Below are positions 1 through 8,131 of a DNA stretch of 30,377 nt, one piece after another; the stretch's first letter is position 1, and each line of letters starts with the position of its first letter. Both the position numbers and the translations under genes were made by a program. The DNA lies in contig CAMCFW010000001.1 in assembly GCA_945874195.1 (NCBI GenBank), positions 1 through 30,377 on the forward strand, in the 5' to 3' direction. The notes beneath the pieces were generated by a model. That model saw only the letters and a list, made by a program, of their open reading frames with translations. It made no database searches and was not told the DNA's origin. The DNA is from Chryseobacterium gleum (GTDB taxonomy: Bacteria; Bacteroidota; Bacteroidia; UBA10329).

Positions 1-1
1 T

Positions 2-328
2 GAAGGTGGCAACATCAGCCCTGGCATGCAGATGCGATTTGCGGCTCTGAACAACTACACGGCAAAACTGCCCATGTTGAACCCAATGAAGTTGGAAGGT
101 CCCATCGGCCGTTCGACCAACGATGCGCTGCGGCTTGGCGTTCAGCAAGGAATGTTATTTGAGATCAGCACAATGATCGACACCATGCGTGCGTTACATC
201 CAAGGCTGAAAACCGTGGCTACAGGCGGAGATCTTCCCTTTTTTGTAAATGAACTTAATTCTCACATCTTTGCAGACCTTTTGCTCGTCCTTCGAGGCAT
301 AAATGAGATTTACCTATATAATTCTTAG
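2..328 (+). CDS. coaX: Type III pantothenate kinase, C-terminal part (5' end outside window)
   Basis: The frame is open from base 2 (EGGNISPGMQMRFAAL..., upstream of the ORF-track start at 26). It carries the GGxIxPG motif, the T..A...G segment, ATGGD and the C-terminal L.L.GI of type III PanK. Its position before OMP-TPR-lptC matches the usual Bacteroidota gene order. Confidence 0.85.
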   Translation, partial: EGGNISPGMQMRFAALNNYTAKLPMLNPMKLEGPIGRSTNDALRLGVQQGMLFEISTMIDTMRALHPRLKTVATGGDLPFFVNELNSHIFADLLLVLRGINEIYLYNS

Positions 329-1796
329 ACCAGCTTTTCAATTAGCGTTATTCATTCTACTTGGTGGTGTGAGCTTTGAAGCAAAAGCACAACCCGCCAA
401 CAATTCGCCCTATGCGCGATATGGACTGGGAAACATGAACAATGGCGCAAATGTGCGTTCGGCCGGAATAGGCGGAATGAGCATTGCCATGCGAGAGGAC
501 AGCATTCCATATCTGGTCAATTTTCTGAATCCGGCCTCTTATACATCCATCGGGTTCACCGCCTTCGATATCGGCATATACGCTAACACCGCTACCATCT
601 CAACCAGCTCAGCTTCGCAGAACGTGAATAAGGCGAACCTTTCTTATTTCGCTTTCGGCTTTCCGATCCTTCATATAAAGGTGAAAACACCAAAGGATTC
701 GATTGATTCGCGACCCATTGGCGACCGGATTCTGGCCGAGGAGAACAAACGGATACTTTGGGGTGGCGCTTTCGGGCTAAGAGAGTTCAGCAGCATCAAC
801 TATTCGGCCTCAGAGGCAGTTGTAGGCAACGACACGCTTTTTGGCGATATCGATTACCAATTCCAAGGTAATGGCGGACTGAGCCAATTTTTCGTTGGCA
901 TCGGCTTAAAGCCGTTGAAAAACCTTTCCATCGGCATGAACGCATCGTATCTGTTCGGACGCATGAACCGAGTTCAACGAGTGGAGTTTGACAGCACTTA
1001 TTTTTTCAACGTCAAATCGGAGCGATATACGGATGTCGGAGGGTTCTACACCGATTATGGGGTTCAGTATACCTTGGTCTTCAACAAGGACACCATCCGA
1101 ACAACAGATGGCACCCCGATGCGCAGAAAGGACGGGTCTGTCAGGGCCCGGAAAAATCTGCACGTGCTCACCTTTGGTGCCACATTCGCCCATCCAATGA
1201 ACGTAAGGGCCAATAACACCGCAATTGCAAGAACATATACGCTGACCACTTTTGGGGAAGATCTCTTCCGCGACACCATTTCTTTCAGTAACGTGAAAGG
1301 CGGTCACATCACCATGCCTTGGAAATACGGCTTTGGTCTTACTTGGAAGAAAAGTGACAAGTGGCTGTTCGGAGTTGAACATTCGCAAGAACTATGGAGC
1401 ACCTATAGAGATGTGAACGGACGTAACGATTCGTTGGCTGATGCTTGGAAAACTTCGGCAGGACTCGAATACAAGCCTTCTGTGCCAGAATCGAACAGAG
1501 GATTTTGGGCCTACTTCGGCAAGATGCATTATCGCATAGGTGGTCATTACGCAATGAGCCAATACAAGCTCAATGACATCCAGATTCCAGAATATGGCAT
1601 AACTCTTGGTTTTGGCTTCCCGCTAAGAAGAAGCCGAGCAGGTGGAGACAGGTTTATGCAGAGCATGATCAATTTTGCTGTAGAGTGGGGACAACGAGGA
1701 ACCACACAGCGCGATCTGCTTCTCGAAAATTATTGGAACTTCAAATTAGGTTTCACTTTAAATGATAGATGGTTTATAAAACGCAAATACGAATGA
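303..1796 (+). CDS. Outer-membrane beta-barrel protein (FadL/long-chain fatty acid transporter-like family of Bacteroidota, function unknown)
   Basis: Sec signal ending in AKA, NSPYARYGLG N-terminal motif, alternating amphipathic strands, aromatic C-terminal strand WFIKRKYE. Confidence 0.7.
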   Translation: MRFTYIILRPAFQLALFILLGGVSFEAKAQPANNSPYARYGLGNMNNGANVRSAGIGGMSIAMREDSIPYLVNFLNPASYTSIGFTAFDIGIYANTATISTSSASQNVNKANLSYFAFGFPILHIKVKTPKDSIDSRPIGDRILAEENKRILWGGAFGLREFSSINYSASEAVVGNDTLFGDIDYQFQGNGGLSQFFVGIGLKPLKNLSIGMNASYLFGRMNRVQRVEFDSTYFFNVKSERYTDVGGFYTDYGVQYTLVFNKDTIRTTDGTPMRRKDGSVRARKNLHVLTFGATFAHPMNVRANNTAIARTYTLTTFGEDLFRDTISFSNVKGGHITMPWKYGFGLTWKKSDKWLFGVEHSQELWSTYRDVNGRNDSLADAWKTSAGLEYKPSVPESNRGFWAYFGKMHYRIGGHYAMSQYKLNDIQIPEYGITLGFGFPLRRSRAGGDRFMQSMINFAVEWGQRGTTQRDLLLENYWNFKLGFTLNDRWFIKRKYE

Positions 1797-3154
1797 TGAT
1801 GAAAAATTTCGGTACTACACTTAACAACGTTTCGATGTTTGTACTTGTTCAACTGGTGGTGTTGGGAACTACAAACGCCTTTGCACAGGACGAAAAATTC
1901 GGTGACCAACCGGAAAAGTGCAAAGAAAACCTGTCGCTTTATCGCGAATACTACAAGCAGAAAAACTATCAGGATGCCCTTCCAGGTTGGCGATGGGTGT
2001 TTTTCAACTGCCCAGAATCGACCAAGAATATTGTGATAAACGGTCCGACCATCATAGAAGATCAGATCAAAAAACATGCGGCAGATCCAGCCATGAAGAA
2101 GGCCTATATGGACACCCTTTATATGGTCTATGACAAGCGGATCGCGATATATCCTGAAGACAAAGGCTATGCACTGGGACAAAAAGGCATGTACATGTAT
2201 GATTATTCTGAAGGCGACTACACTGCTGCATTCGATGTGCTGCTTCAATCCATGGAGACAAGCAAATTGGAGACCGATGCCTACGTGATCATGAAACTCT
2301 ACTTGGCCGGAATGAAGCGTTTGGTTGCCAAGCAGGTGGAAATGGAAGTGATGTATGACCTGTATGATAAGGTATCGGTCATTTTCGCGCATCAGTACAA
2401 GAAATTTGAACCGGGAACCACGATCGAGAACAGCGATTTCAAAAAACTGAAGCAGGTGAATGACCTGGTCGACCAGAACTTCGAACGGATAGCTCAAGAA
2501 GATCAGTACATTCTCATGATGCAGCCGAAGGTCGATGCCAATCCGAAAGACACTGCCCTGCTCGAAAAAGTTTCGACCATGATGGTGAAACGTAACTGGA
2601 CCAACCATCCGTTCTATTTGAGCACGTCCGAAAAGCTTTACAAACTAAGTCCAAATGCCACGGCTGCTTACAACTTGTATGAAGCCAATGCCAAAAAAGG
2701 AAACGATTCTGAAGCCGCCAAGTACCTTGAAGAATCGGTGAAACTGACGCAGGACAAGGCCGAAAAAGCCGACAGAATGTTGAAACTGGCCAAAGTTTAC
2801 GGAGGTGCAAAGAATTACAGCAAAGCCCGCTCGACAGCCCTTGAAGCTGCCGGCCTGAAATCAGGATGGGGAGAACCATTCATCTACATTGGCGACCTGT
2901 ATCTGGGCACATCCTCGAGCTGCGGAAACGATGATTGCAGCCGCAAATACGGAATATGGGCAGCCGAAGACATGTATGTTAAAGCTCGTTCGATAGACGC
3001 TAGCATTGCCGAAACTGCAAACAGCAAGATCTCGAGCTGCCGAAAGTACTATCCGATGAAAAAGGATTGTTTCTTCATAAACCTCGAATCCGGAGCTTCG
3101 GTAACAGTAGGTGGTTGGATATCCACAGAAACCACAGCCCGATTTGCTGACTGA
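1793..3154 (+). CDS. Exported tetratricopeptide-repeat (TPR-like) protein
   Basis: The ATG at 1793 overlaps the upstream TGA (ATGA coupling), so it is preferred over the ORF-track start at 1769. Signal peptide ending AFA-Q, helical repeats (AAKYLEESVKL, ARSTALEAAGLKSGWGEPFIYIGDLY). Confidence 0.7.
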   Translation: MMMKNFGTTLNNVSMFVLVQLVVLGTTNAFAQDEKFGDQPEKCKENLSLYREYYKQKNYQDALPGWRWVFFNCPESTKNIVINGPTIIEDQIKKHAADPAMKKAYMDTLYMVYDKRIAIYPEDKGYALGQKGMYMYDYSEGDYTAAFDVLLQSMETSKLETDAYVIMKLYLAGMKRLVAKQVEMEVMYDLYDKVSVIFAHQYKKFEPGTTIENSDFKKLKQVNDLVDQNFERIAQEDQYILMMQPKVDANPKDTALLEKVSTMMVKRNWTNHPFYLSTSEKLYKLSPNATAAYNLYEANAKKGNDSEAAKYLEESVKLTQDKAEKADRMLKLAKVYGGAKNYSKARSTALEAAGLKSGWGEPFIYIGDLYLGTSSSCGNDDCSRKYGIWAAEDMYVKARSIDASIAETANSKISSCRKYYPMKKDCFFINLESGASVTVGGWISTETTARFAD

Positions 3155-3179
3155 TCTGATCAGTGCATTCTTAAAAAAG

Positions 3180-3740
3180 GTGAGAGGACCATTGTTCTCT
3201 TGCCTTTTTCTTTTTACGCTAATCTGGAGTGGTTGTGTAAACGACATGGAAGAAGTGAACACGCTTACTCAGACCCAGATATTGCCCATAGAAACAGCAG
3301 ACAGCGTTCGAATCATCTACTCCGATTCTGCTCGGCTTAAAGTGATACTGGATGCCAAACATCTGGAGCGTTTCGTGGGCACCGATCCATACATCGAAAT
3401 GACAGGTGGCGTTCATGTTCGGTTTTACAACAATATGGGGACGGTGGAGTCTGAACTGAGTTCAAACTACGCGATCAGCCACGAGAATTCAGACGTGATG
3501 GAGGCCAAAGAAAATGTTGTGGTGGTGAACAGGAAAGGTGAAACTCTCAACACAGAACACCTTATTTGGGAAAAGAAGACCGAGAAGATAAGAACTGACG
3601 AATTTGTGAAGATCACAACCGAAGATGAAGTTATCTTCGGCCATGGATTGGAATCCAATCAGGATTTCACCAAATACCGCATTAAGAATATAAAGGGAAC
3701 CATAAATCTAAAAGATGCTGAGAGTTCTGAAAATCCTTGA
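3180..3740 (+). CDS. lptC: LPS export ABC transporter periplasmic protein LptC
   Basis: Lipobox-like IWSG-C after a hydrophobic stretch, beta-jellyroll motifs (IIYSDSARLKVIL, GETLNTEHLIW, VIFGHGLESNQDF). The start is uncertain: GTG 3180 or TTG 3192. The ORF-track start at 3111 lies inside the upstream gene. Confidence 0.85.
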   Translation: MRGPLFSCLFLFTLIWSGCVNDMEEVNTLTQTQILPIETADSVRIIYSDSARLKVILDAKHLERFVGTDPYIEMTGGVHVRFYNNMGTVESELSSNYAISHENSDVMEAKENVVVVNRKGETLNTEHLIWEKKTEKIRTDEFVKITTEDEVIFGHGLESNQDFTKYRIKNIKGTINLKDAESSENP

Positions 3741-3930
3741 AATGGCATGGTTGGTCATCATGGCCTTTTCGGTGGGAATGGCCATCTATCAATTCAACAC
3801 CATTGGCTGGGAAGGCACCAAATGGTTTCTGGCCGGAGCCTTTGTGGCTGCCATTTTCTATGCCTTCAGAAGGCGACAACGCATTCGCTTTCAAGAGTCT
3901 GAAACAACTAACCAAGTAACTAAGGAGTGA
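3715..3930 (+). CDS. Small two-helix membrane protein with basic tail (hypothetical)
   Basis: 71 aa, two hydrophobic segments followed by FRRRQRIRF. It fills the gap between lptC and the HlyC/CorC gene and overlaps the latter's GTG start by 4 nt (GTGA). Confidence 0.6.
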   Translation: MLRVLKILEMAWLVIMAFSVGMAIYQFNTIGWEGTKWFLAGAFVAAIFYAFRRRQRIRFQESETTNQVTKE

Positions 3931-5177
3931 GCTCGCTGATCATCATTCTTGTTTGTCTTGTCCTTTCGGCCTTCTTCTCCGGAATGGAGATCGCTTTTAT
4001 TTCTGCCAATCGGTTCAAGATAGAGGTCGACCGTAAAAAGGGCAGCCTCACTGCTTCCATAATTGGCGACCTGCTGGCTCAACCTTCAAAATTCATAAGT
4101 GCGCTTCTGGTAGGGAATAACATAGCACTTGTGCTTTATGGGATCACCATGGCGAAGGTGTTGGAGCCTTGGATCCGAACTTTCACCGAAACTGAATCGG
4201 CCATTCTGATCTTACAGACCATTCTATCCACCCTGCTCATTCTGATAACAGCCGAATTCCTCCCTAAGGCCTTTTTCAGGATCAATCCGAACCGGATGCT
4301 CGACATTTTTGCGGTTCCTGCCAAGGTGTTCTACATTTTGCTTTACCCTTTGGTTTGGGTCATCGACCGTTTTTCGAAACAACTTCTTACCGCGCTTTTC
4401 AAAGTGAAGTTCAATGAAGAGAAGATGACCTTTGGACGTTCTGACCTTGACGATTATGTGAATGAATTCGGCCATAACGATGAGGAGGAGAATACAGATA
4501 GCGAGATTCAGATCTTCCGTAACGCCCTGAACTTCAGCGATCTGAAAGTGCGCGAATGCATGATTCCACGCACCGAGATCATCTCCATGTCAATTGAAAC
4601 CGACATTGATGATCTGAGAGATAAGTTGGTAGATACCGGACTGTCGAAGATCCTCATTTATCGGGATGACATTGACAACATTATCGGATATGTTCACTCG
4701 TTCGAACTTTTCCAACGGCCCAAAACCATCCGAAGCATCATTCGGCCCATTGCCCTTGTTCCAGAAAGCATGAGTGCAAAAGACCTGTTGAAGCAGTTCG
4801 GGCAACAGCGTAGAAGTGTTGCCGTGGTACTCAACGAATTCGGAGGAACGGCCGGAATGATAACCGTGGAAGACATCATTGAAGAGATCTTCGGAGACAT
4901 TGAGGATGAACATGACGTTGAAGAACTGACAGAAGAAAAAATTGGCAACAATCAATATCGGTTTTCTGGCAGGTTGGAAATCGACTACATCAATCGCGAA
5001 TTCAATGTTCGCCTTCCAGAATCGAACGACTACAGCACCCTTGGAGGATATATCATTCAACATCATCAGAGCATTCCAGACCTGAACGAAGTGATCCGGG
5101 TAGATCGGTTTGAATTTACGGTGACCAAAGTGGAAAGCACGCGAATTGAGGAAGTGTTGATGACGGTTTTGGAGTGA
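3927..5177 (+). CDS. Hemolysin-family / HlyC-CorC (CNNM-type) membrane transporter: DUF21 + CBS pair + CorC_HlyC
   Basis: SAFFSGMEIAF, LLVGNNIALV and AEFLPK (DUF21); VRECMIPR and NEFGGTAGMITVEDIIEEIFGDIEDEHD (CBS); YSTLGGYI (CorC_HlyC). Confidence 0.9.
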   Translation: MSSLIIILVCLVLSAFFSGMEIAFISANRFKIEVDRKKGSLTASIIGDLLAQPSKFISALLVGNNIALVLYGITMAKVLEPWIRTFTETESAILILQTILSTLLILITAEFLPKAFFRINPNRMLDIFAVPAKVFYILLYPLVWVIDRFSKQLLTALFKVKFNEEKMTFGRSDLDDYVNEFGHNDEEENTDSEIQIFRNALNFSDLKVRECMIPRTEIISMSIETDIDDLRDKLVDTGLSKILIYRDDIDNIIGYVHSFELFQRPKTIRSIIRPIALVPESMSAKDLLKQFGQQRRSVAVVLNEFGGTAGMITVEDIIEEIFGDIEDEHDVEELTEEKIGNNQYRFSGRLEIDYINREFNVRLPESNDYSTLGGYIIQHHQSIPDLNEVIRVDRFEFTVTKVESTRIEEVLMTVLE

Positions 5178-5194
5178 CCAACAATTGTCTGAAT

Positions 5195-5222
5195 GTTAAT
5201 GGTAGGTTAACAGCAACTCAAC
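5195..5222 (+). promoter_or_regulatory. Candidate OmpR/PhoB-family binding site (11-bp-spaced direct repeats)
   Basis: GTTAAT (5195), GTTAAC (5206) and degenerate CTCAAC (5217), each 11 bp apart, in the only intergenic gap before the response regulator. Confidence 0.4.
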
Positions 5223-5259
5223 CGAAGATGACCAATTTTACCTCGAAAATCGCACTAGA

Positions 5260-5940
5260 ATGAATGATAATCGTACTGTTCTGATAGTTGATGACGAGGA
5301 AGACATCCTTGAGTTCTTAGAATACAATCTCAAGAAGGAGGATCTTAACGTGCATACCGCATCCTCGGGCAAAAAGGCGATTGAGATTGCTCAGAAATTC
5401 ACTCCCGATCTGATCATTCTTGATGTGATGATGCCCGAAATGGACGGAATTGAAACCTGCAAGGAACTAAGGAATATACCAGGGTTGCAAAACACGCTTA
5501 TCGCGTTCCTCACCGCCCGGAACGAGGATTACTCGCAGATTGCCGGCTTCGATGCGGGGGCTGATGACTACATAAGCAAACCGATCAAACCCCGAGTACT
5601 GGTAAGTCGCATAAAGGCCTTGCTCAGAAGAAATAATCCGATAGACCAACAGCCCATTTTCGAAACACGCACTGGACTAAAAGTGGACAGGAACAGATAC
5701 GTGGTTGAGTTCGAAGGCAAAGAGCTGACCTTGCCAAAGAAGGAATTCGAACTTCTGGCTCTTCTTGCTTCAAAACCAGGGCATGTGTTTGCCAGAAATC
5801 TGATCCTTAATTCTGTTTGGGGCAACGATGTTGTGGTGGGCGACAGGACCATTGACGTTCATATCAGAAAACTTCGCGAGAAAATCGGAAATTCGGCCAT
5901 CCGCACCATCAAAGGAGTAGGGTACAAATTCGAACAATAG
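5260..5940 (+). CDS. OmpR/PhoB-family response regulator (PhoB/PhoP-like)
   Basis: Receiver domain VDDE...LDVMMPEMDG...TAR...GADDYISKP and winged helix EFELL...VWG...RTIDVHIRKLREK...TIKGVGYKF. Confidence 0.92.
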   Translation: MNDNRTVLIVDDEEDILEFLEYNLKKEDLNVHTASSGKKAIEIAQKFTPDLIILDVMMPEMDGIETCKELRNIPGLQNTLIAFLTARNEDYSQIAGFDAGADDYISKPIKPRVLVSRIKALLRRNNPIDQQPIFETRTGLKVDRNRYVVEFEGKELTLPKKEFELLALLASKPGHVFARNLILNSVWGNDVVVGDRTIDVHIRKLREKIGNSAIRTIKGVGYKFEQ

Positions 5941-5949
5941 TCCAATACA

Positions 5950-7005
5950 TTGAGTGACTCTGGTCAGCATGATCATTCGCTTTTGGCCTCGTTGGCCTTA
6001 GCGGCAATCATCACCTTTCTTTCTTCATTGCTCGACCTGATCTGGCTTAAGCATTTCGATGGCCTGCGCGCCTTGATCACGTTCATTCTGGTACTGTTGG
6101 CAGGATATCTGATCGTGCGTTTTGTGATCAATCGGTTCATTTACGAGAAGATAAAGCTGATTTACAAGACCATCTACGACCTTAATAAACCAAAGTCCAC
6201 ACTAAAATCGTTCTTGGCAAGCGATAGCAATGCGCTCGAAAAAGTGAACCGTGAAGTGATCGATTGGGCTGAAACGCAGAAGAGCGAGATCGAGTTATTA
6301 AAGGAACAGGAACTTTATCGAAGAGATTTCCTAGGCAATGTTTCACATGAACTGAAGACCCCGATATTCAACATTCAAGGTTACGTTCACACCTTGCTTG
6401 ACGGAGGATTGGAGGACGAAGAGATAAACCGGAAATTCTTGAAACGGGCAGAGAAAAGCATCGAACGATTGATATCAGTGGTTGAAGACCTGGATTCTAT
6501 CTCAAACCTTGAATCGGGTCGGTTGGAAATGAATCTTGAACGGATAAACATCGTTGAATTGGCTAAGGAGGTGATGGAAATGGAGGAAATGAAGGCCGAC
6601 CAACGGAACATGACGGTCAAGTTTTCGGAGCGATATGACAAACCTGTCCATGTGATGGCCGATGGTCATCAGATCAGACAGGTTTACATCAATCTGATGG
6701 ACAACAGCATCAAATACGGAAACAAAAAAGGAACGGTGAAACTGGGTTTTCATGACATGGACGAGCACATTCTCTGCGAAGTGACCGATGACGGACCGGG
6801 AATAGAAGCCAAGCACCTACCTCGAATTTTTGAACGGTTCTATAGGATCGATAAGGCCCGGGACAGGAACGCGGGCGGTTCTGGACTTGGATTGGCCATT
6901 GTGAAACACATCATCGAGGCCCACGACCAGATCCTTAAGGTTCATTCGCAGACCGGAGAGAACCACGGCACCAAGTTCACTTTCACACTTAGGAAAGCAA
7001 ACTGA
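5950..7005 (+). CDS. Sensor histidine kinase (PhoR-like)
   Basis: TTG start, two N-terminal TM helices, H-box FLGNVSHELKTP, N-box NLMDNSIKY, G1 DDGPGI, F-box IFERFYR, G2 GSGLGLAIVKHI. Confidence 0.92.
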   Translation: MSDSGQHDHSLLASLALAAIITFLSSLLDLIWLKHFDGLRALITFILVLLAGYLIVRFVINRFIYEKIKLIYKTIYDLNKPKSTLKSFLASDSNALEKVNREVIDWAETQKSEIELLKEQELYRRDFLGNVSHELKTPIFNIQGYVHTLLDGGLEDEEINRKFLKRAEKSIERLISVVEDLDSISNLESGRLEMNLERINIVELAKEVMEMEEMKADQRNMTVKFSERYDKPVHVMADGHQIRQVYINLMDNSIKYGNKKGTVKLGFHDMDEHILCEVTDDGPGIEAKHLPRIFERFYRIDKARDRNAGGSGLGLAIVKHIIEAHDQILKVHSQTGENHGTKFTFTLRKAN

Positions 7006-8041
7006 TAAGTTGGTCGACAGCTGCTTTGTAGGTTTCTACCTCGGTGGCACTGAATCCTGTGAATTCTGACCGAAGGTCCCACGCCCGTTTAAGGCCGAAA
7101 TCAGATTGCTTCATCATCATGTGCTTCCCCTCTTCATTGAACTTCTTGGCCAAATATTCCTGCTCTGTTTGACCTGGGGTGGGCACAAAGACCGCCTGTT
7201 TACCCAATGCCGATAGATCCATGATGGTTGAATAGCCGGATCTCGAAACGACCAATCTAGCTGCTGCCAATTCTCGTTGCAATTGAAGCGCATTCAAGTG
7301 AGAAACCACACGGACATTCCCTTCAATTCTATCAATTTCCTGATCAGGCGTGCCTAGAACTGCAACCACCTTTCCTTCAAACCCTTGCAACTGCTTCAAA
7401 ACCAGTTTTTCAAATCGTGTGCGCTGAGGTTCTGGTCCAGAAATGATAACCAGAATATCCGAGGTGTTTTCAACTTGCAGCGGCCTGAAGCGCGAAAGCG
7501 GACCAACGAACTTTCCGTTTTCGGGTAATGCGTACTTGTGACCGAGATCCCCAGAAAGGCCGTTCTCTATCGAATCTGGAACCCAGACCTGCGTAAATCT
7601 CTGCATGTAGGCCAGATGCATTCTGTGCAGCAACGATTCGAAAAAGGGTGCTTTTATCATAACCTGGTGGGTCATATAAACACACGGAATCCGATCAGTA
7701 TATAGACCGAACCGATTGTCTGAAATGACGGCATCCAACCTCAGGGTGTCAATAAGACGGTCAAGTTCAGCATGTTCCTGTTCAATCCGTTTCAGAATGC
7801 GAGGTATCGACCTGAACATTTTCCACGCCATACCACTTCCTTCCGGATAAGAGATATCATAACCTTCAAACTCAACGGTCTCCACATCCGGAAACTCCAA
7901 TTTCAAGAGCATTTTCGGTCGCCCTGAAGCAGCAATTATCGGATGGTGGCCAATGGAAACTAGGTATTGGACAAGCGGAATACACCGAGTGGCGTGCCCT
8001 AAGCCCCAATCTAAGGGCGCTATCAAAATGCGCTTGCCCAT
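6989..8041 (-). CDS. GT-B fold glycosyltransferase (GT28/GT1-like)
   Basis: ILIAPLDWGLGHATRC N-terminal motif, ISDNRFG, and C-terminal VSRSGYSTIMDL...VPTPGQTEQEYLA. ATG 8041 is preferred because a -7-like element (8052-8059) lies just upstream and overlaps the ORF-track extension to 8062. Confidence 0.85.
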   Translation of the reverse strand: MGKRILIAPLDWGLGHATRCIPLVQYLVSIGHHPIIAASGRPKMLLKLEFPDVETVEFEGYDISYPEGSGMAWKMFRSIPRILKRIEQEHAELDRLIDTLRLDAVISDNRFGLYTDRIPCVYMTHQVMIKAPFFESLLHRMHLAYMQRFTQVWVPDSIENGLSGDLGHKYALPENGKFVGPLSRFRPLQVENTSDILVIISGPEPQRTRFEKLVLKQLQGFEGKVVAVLGTPDQEIDRIEGNVRVVSHLNALQLQRELAAARLVVSRSGYSTIMDLSALGKQAVFVPTPGQTEQEYLAKKFNEEGKHMMMKQSDFGLKRAWDLRSEFTGFSATEVETYKAAVDQLISLLS

Positions 8042-8051
8042 AATATTCACG

Positions 8052-8059
8052 CAAAGTGA
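8052..8059 (-). promoter_or_regulatory. Bacteroidota sigma70 -7 element (variant) for the glycosyltransferase
   Basis: Minus-strand TCACTTTG, one mismatch to TAnnTTTG, 10 nt upstream of ATG 8041. Confidence 0.4.
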
Positions 8060-8113
8060 CAAAAATCAAGCGAACAATCACTAACACCCTAAGAATAAAC
8101 AGATTAGGCACAG

Positions 8114-8121
8114 TATATTTG
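8114..8121 (+). promoter_or_regulatory. Bacteroidota sigma70 -7 element for the CocE/NonD gene
   Basis: TATATTTG matches TAnnTTTG exactly, 10 nt upstream of ATG 8132. Confidence 0.6.
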
Positions 8122-8131
8122 CGACCCCCTA

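Noticed and set aside
1730-2608. 292-aa antisense ORF over the TPR gene
   Set aside because: Antisense shadow of a well-supported gene; no recognisable domain.
5237-5245. TTTACCTCG as a -7 promoter element for the response regulator
   Set aside because: Does not fit TAnnTTTG or TAnnTTCG spacing well enough to call.
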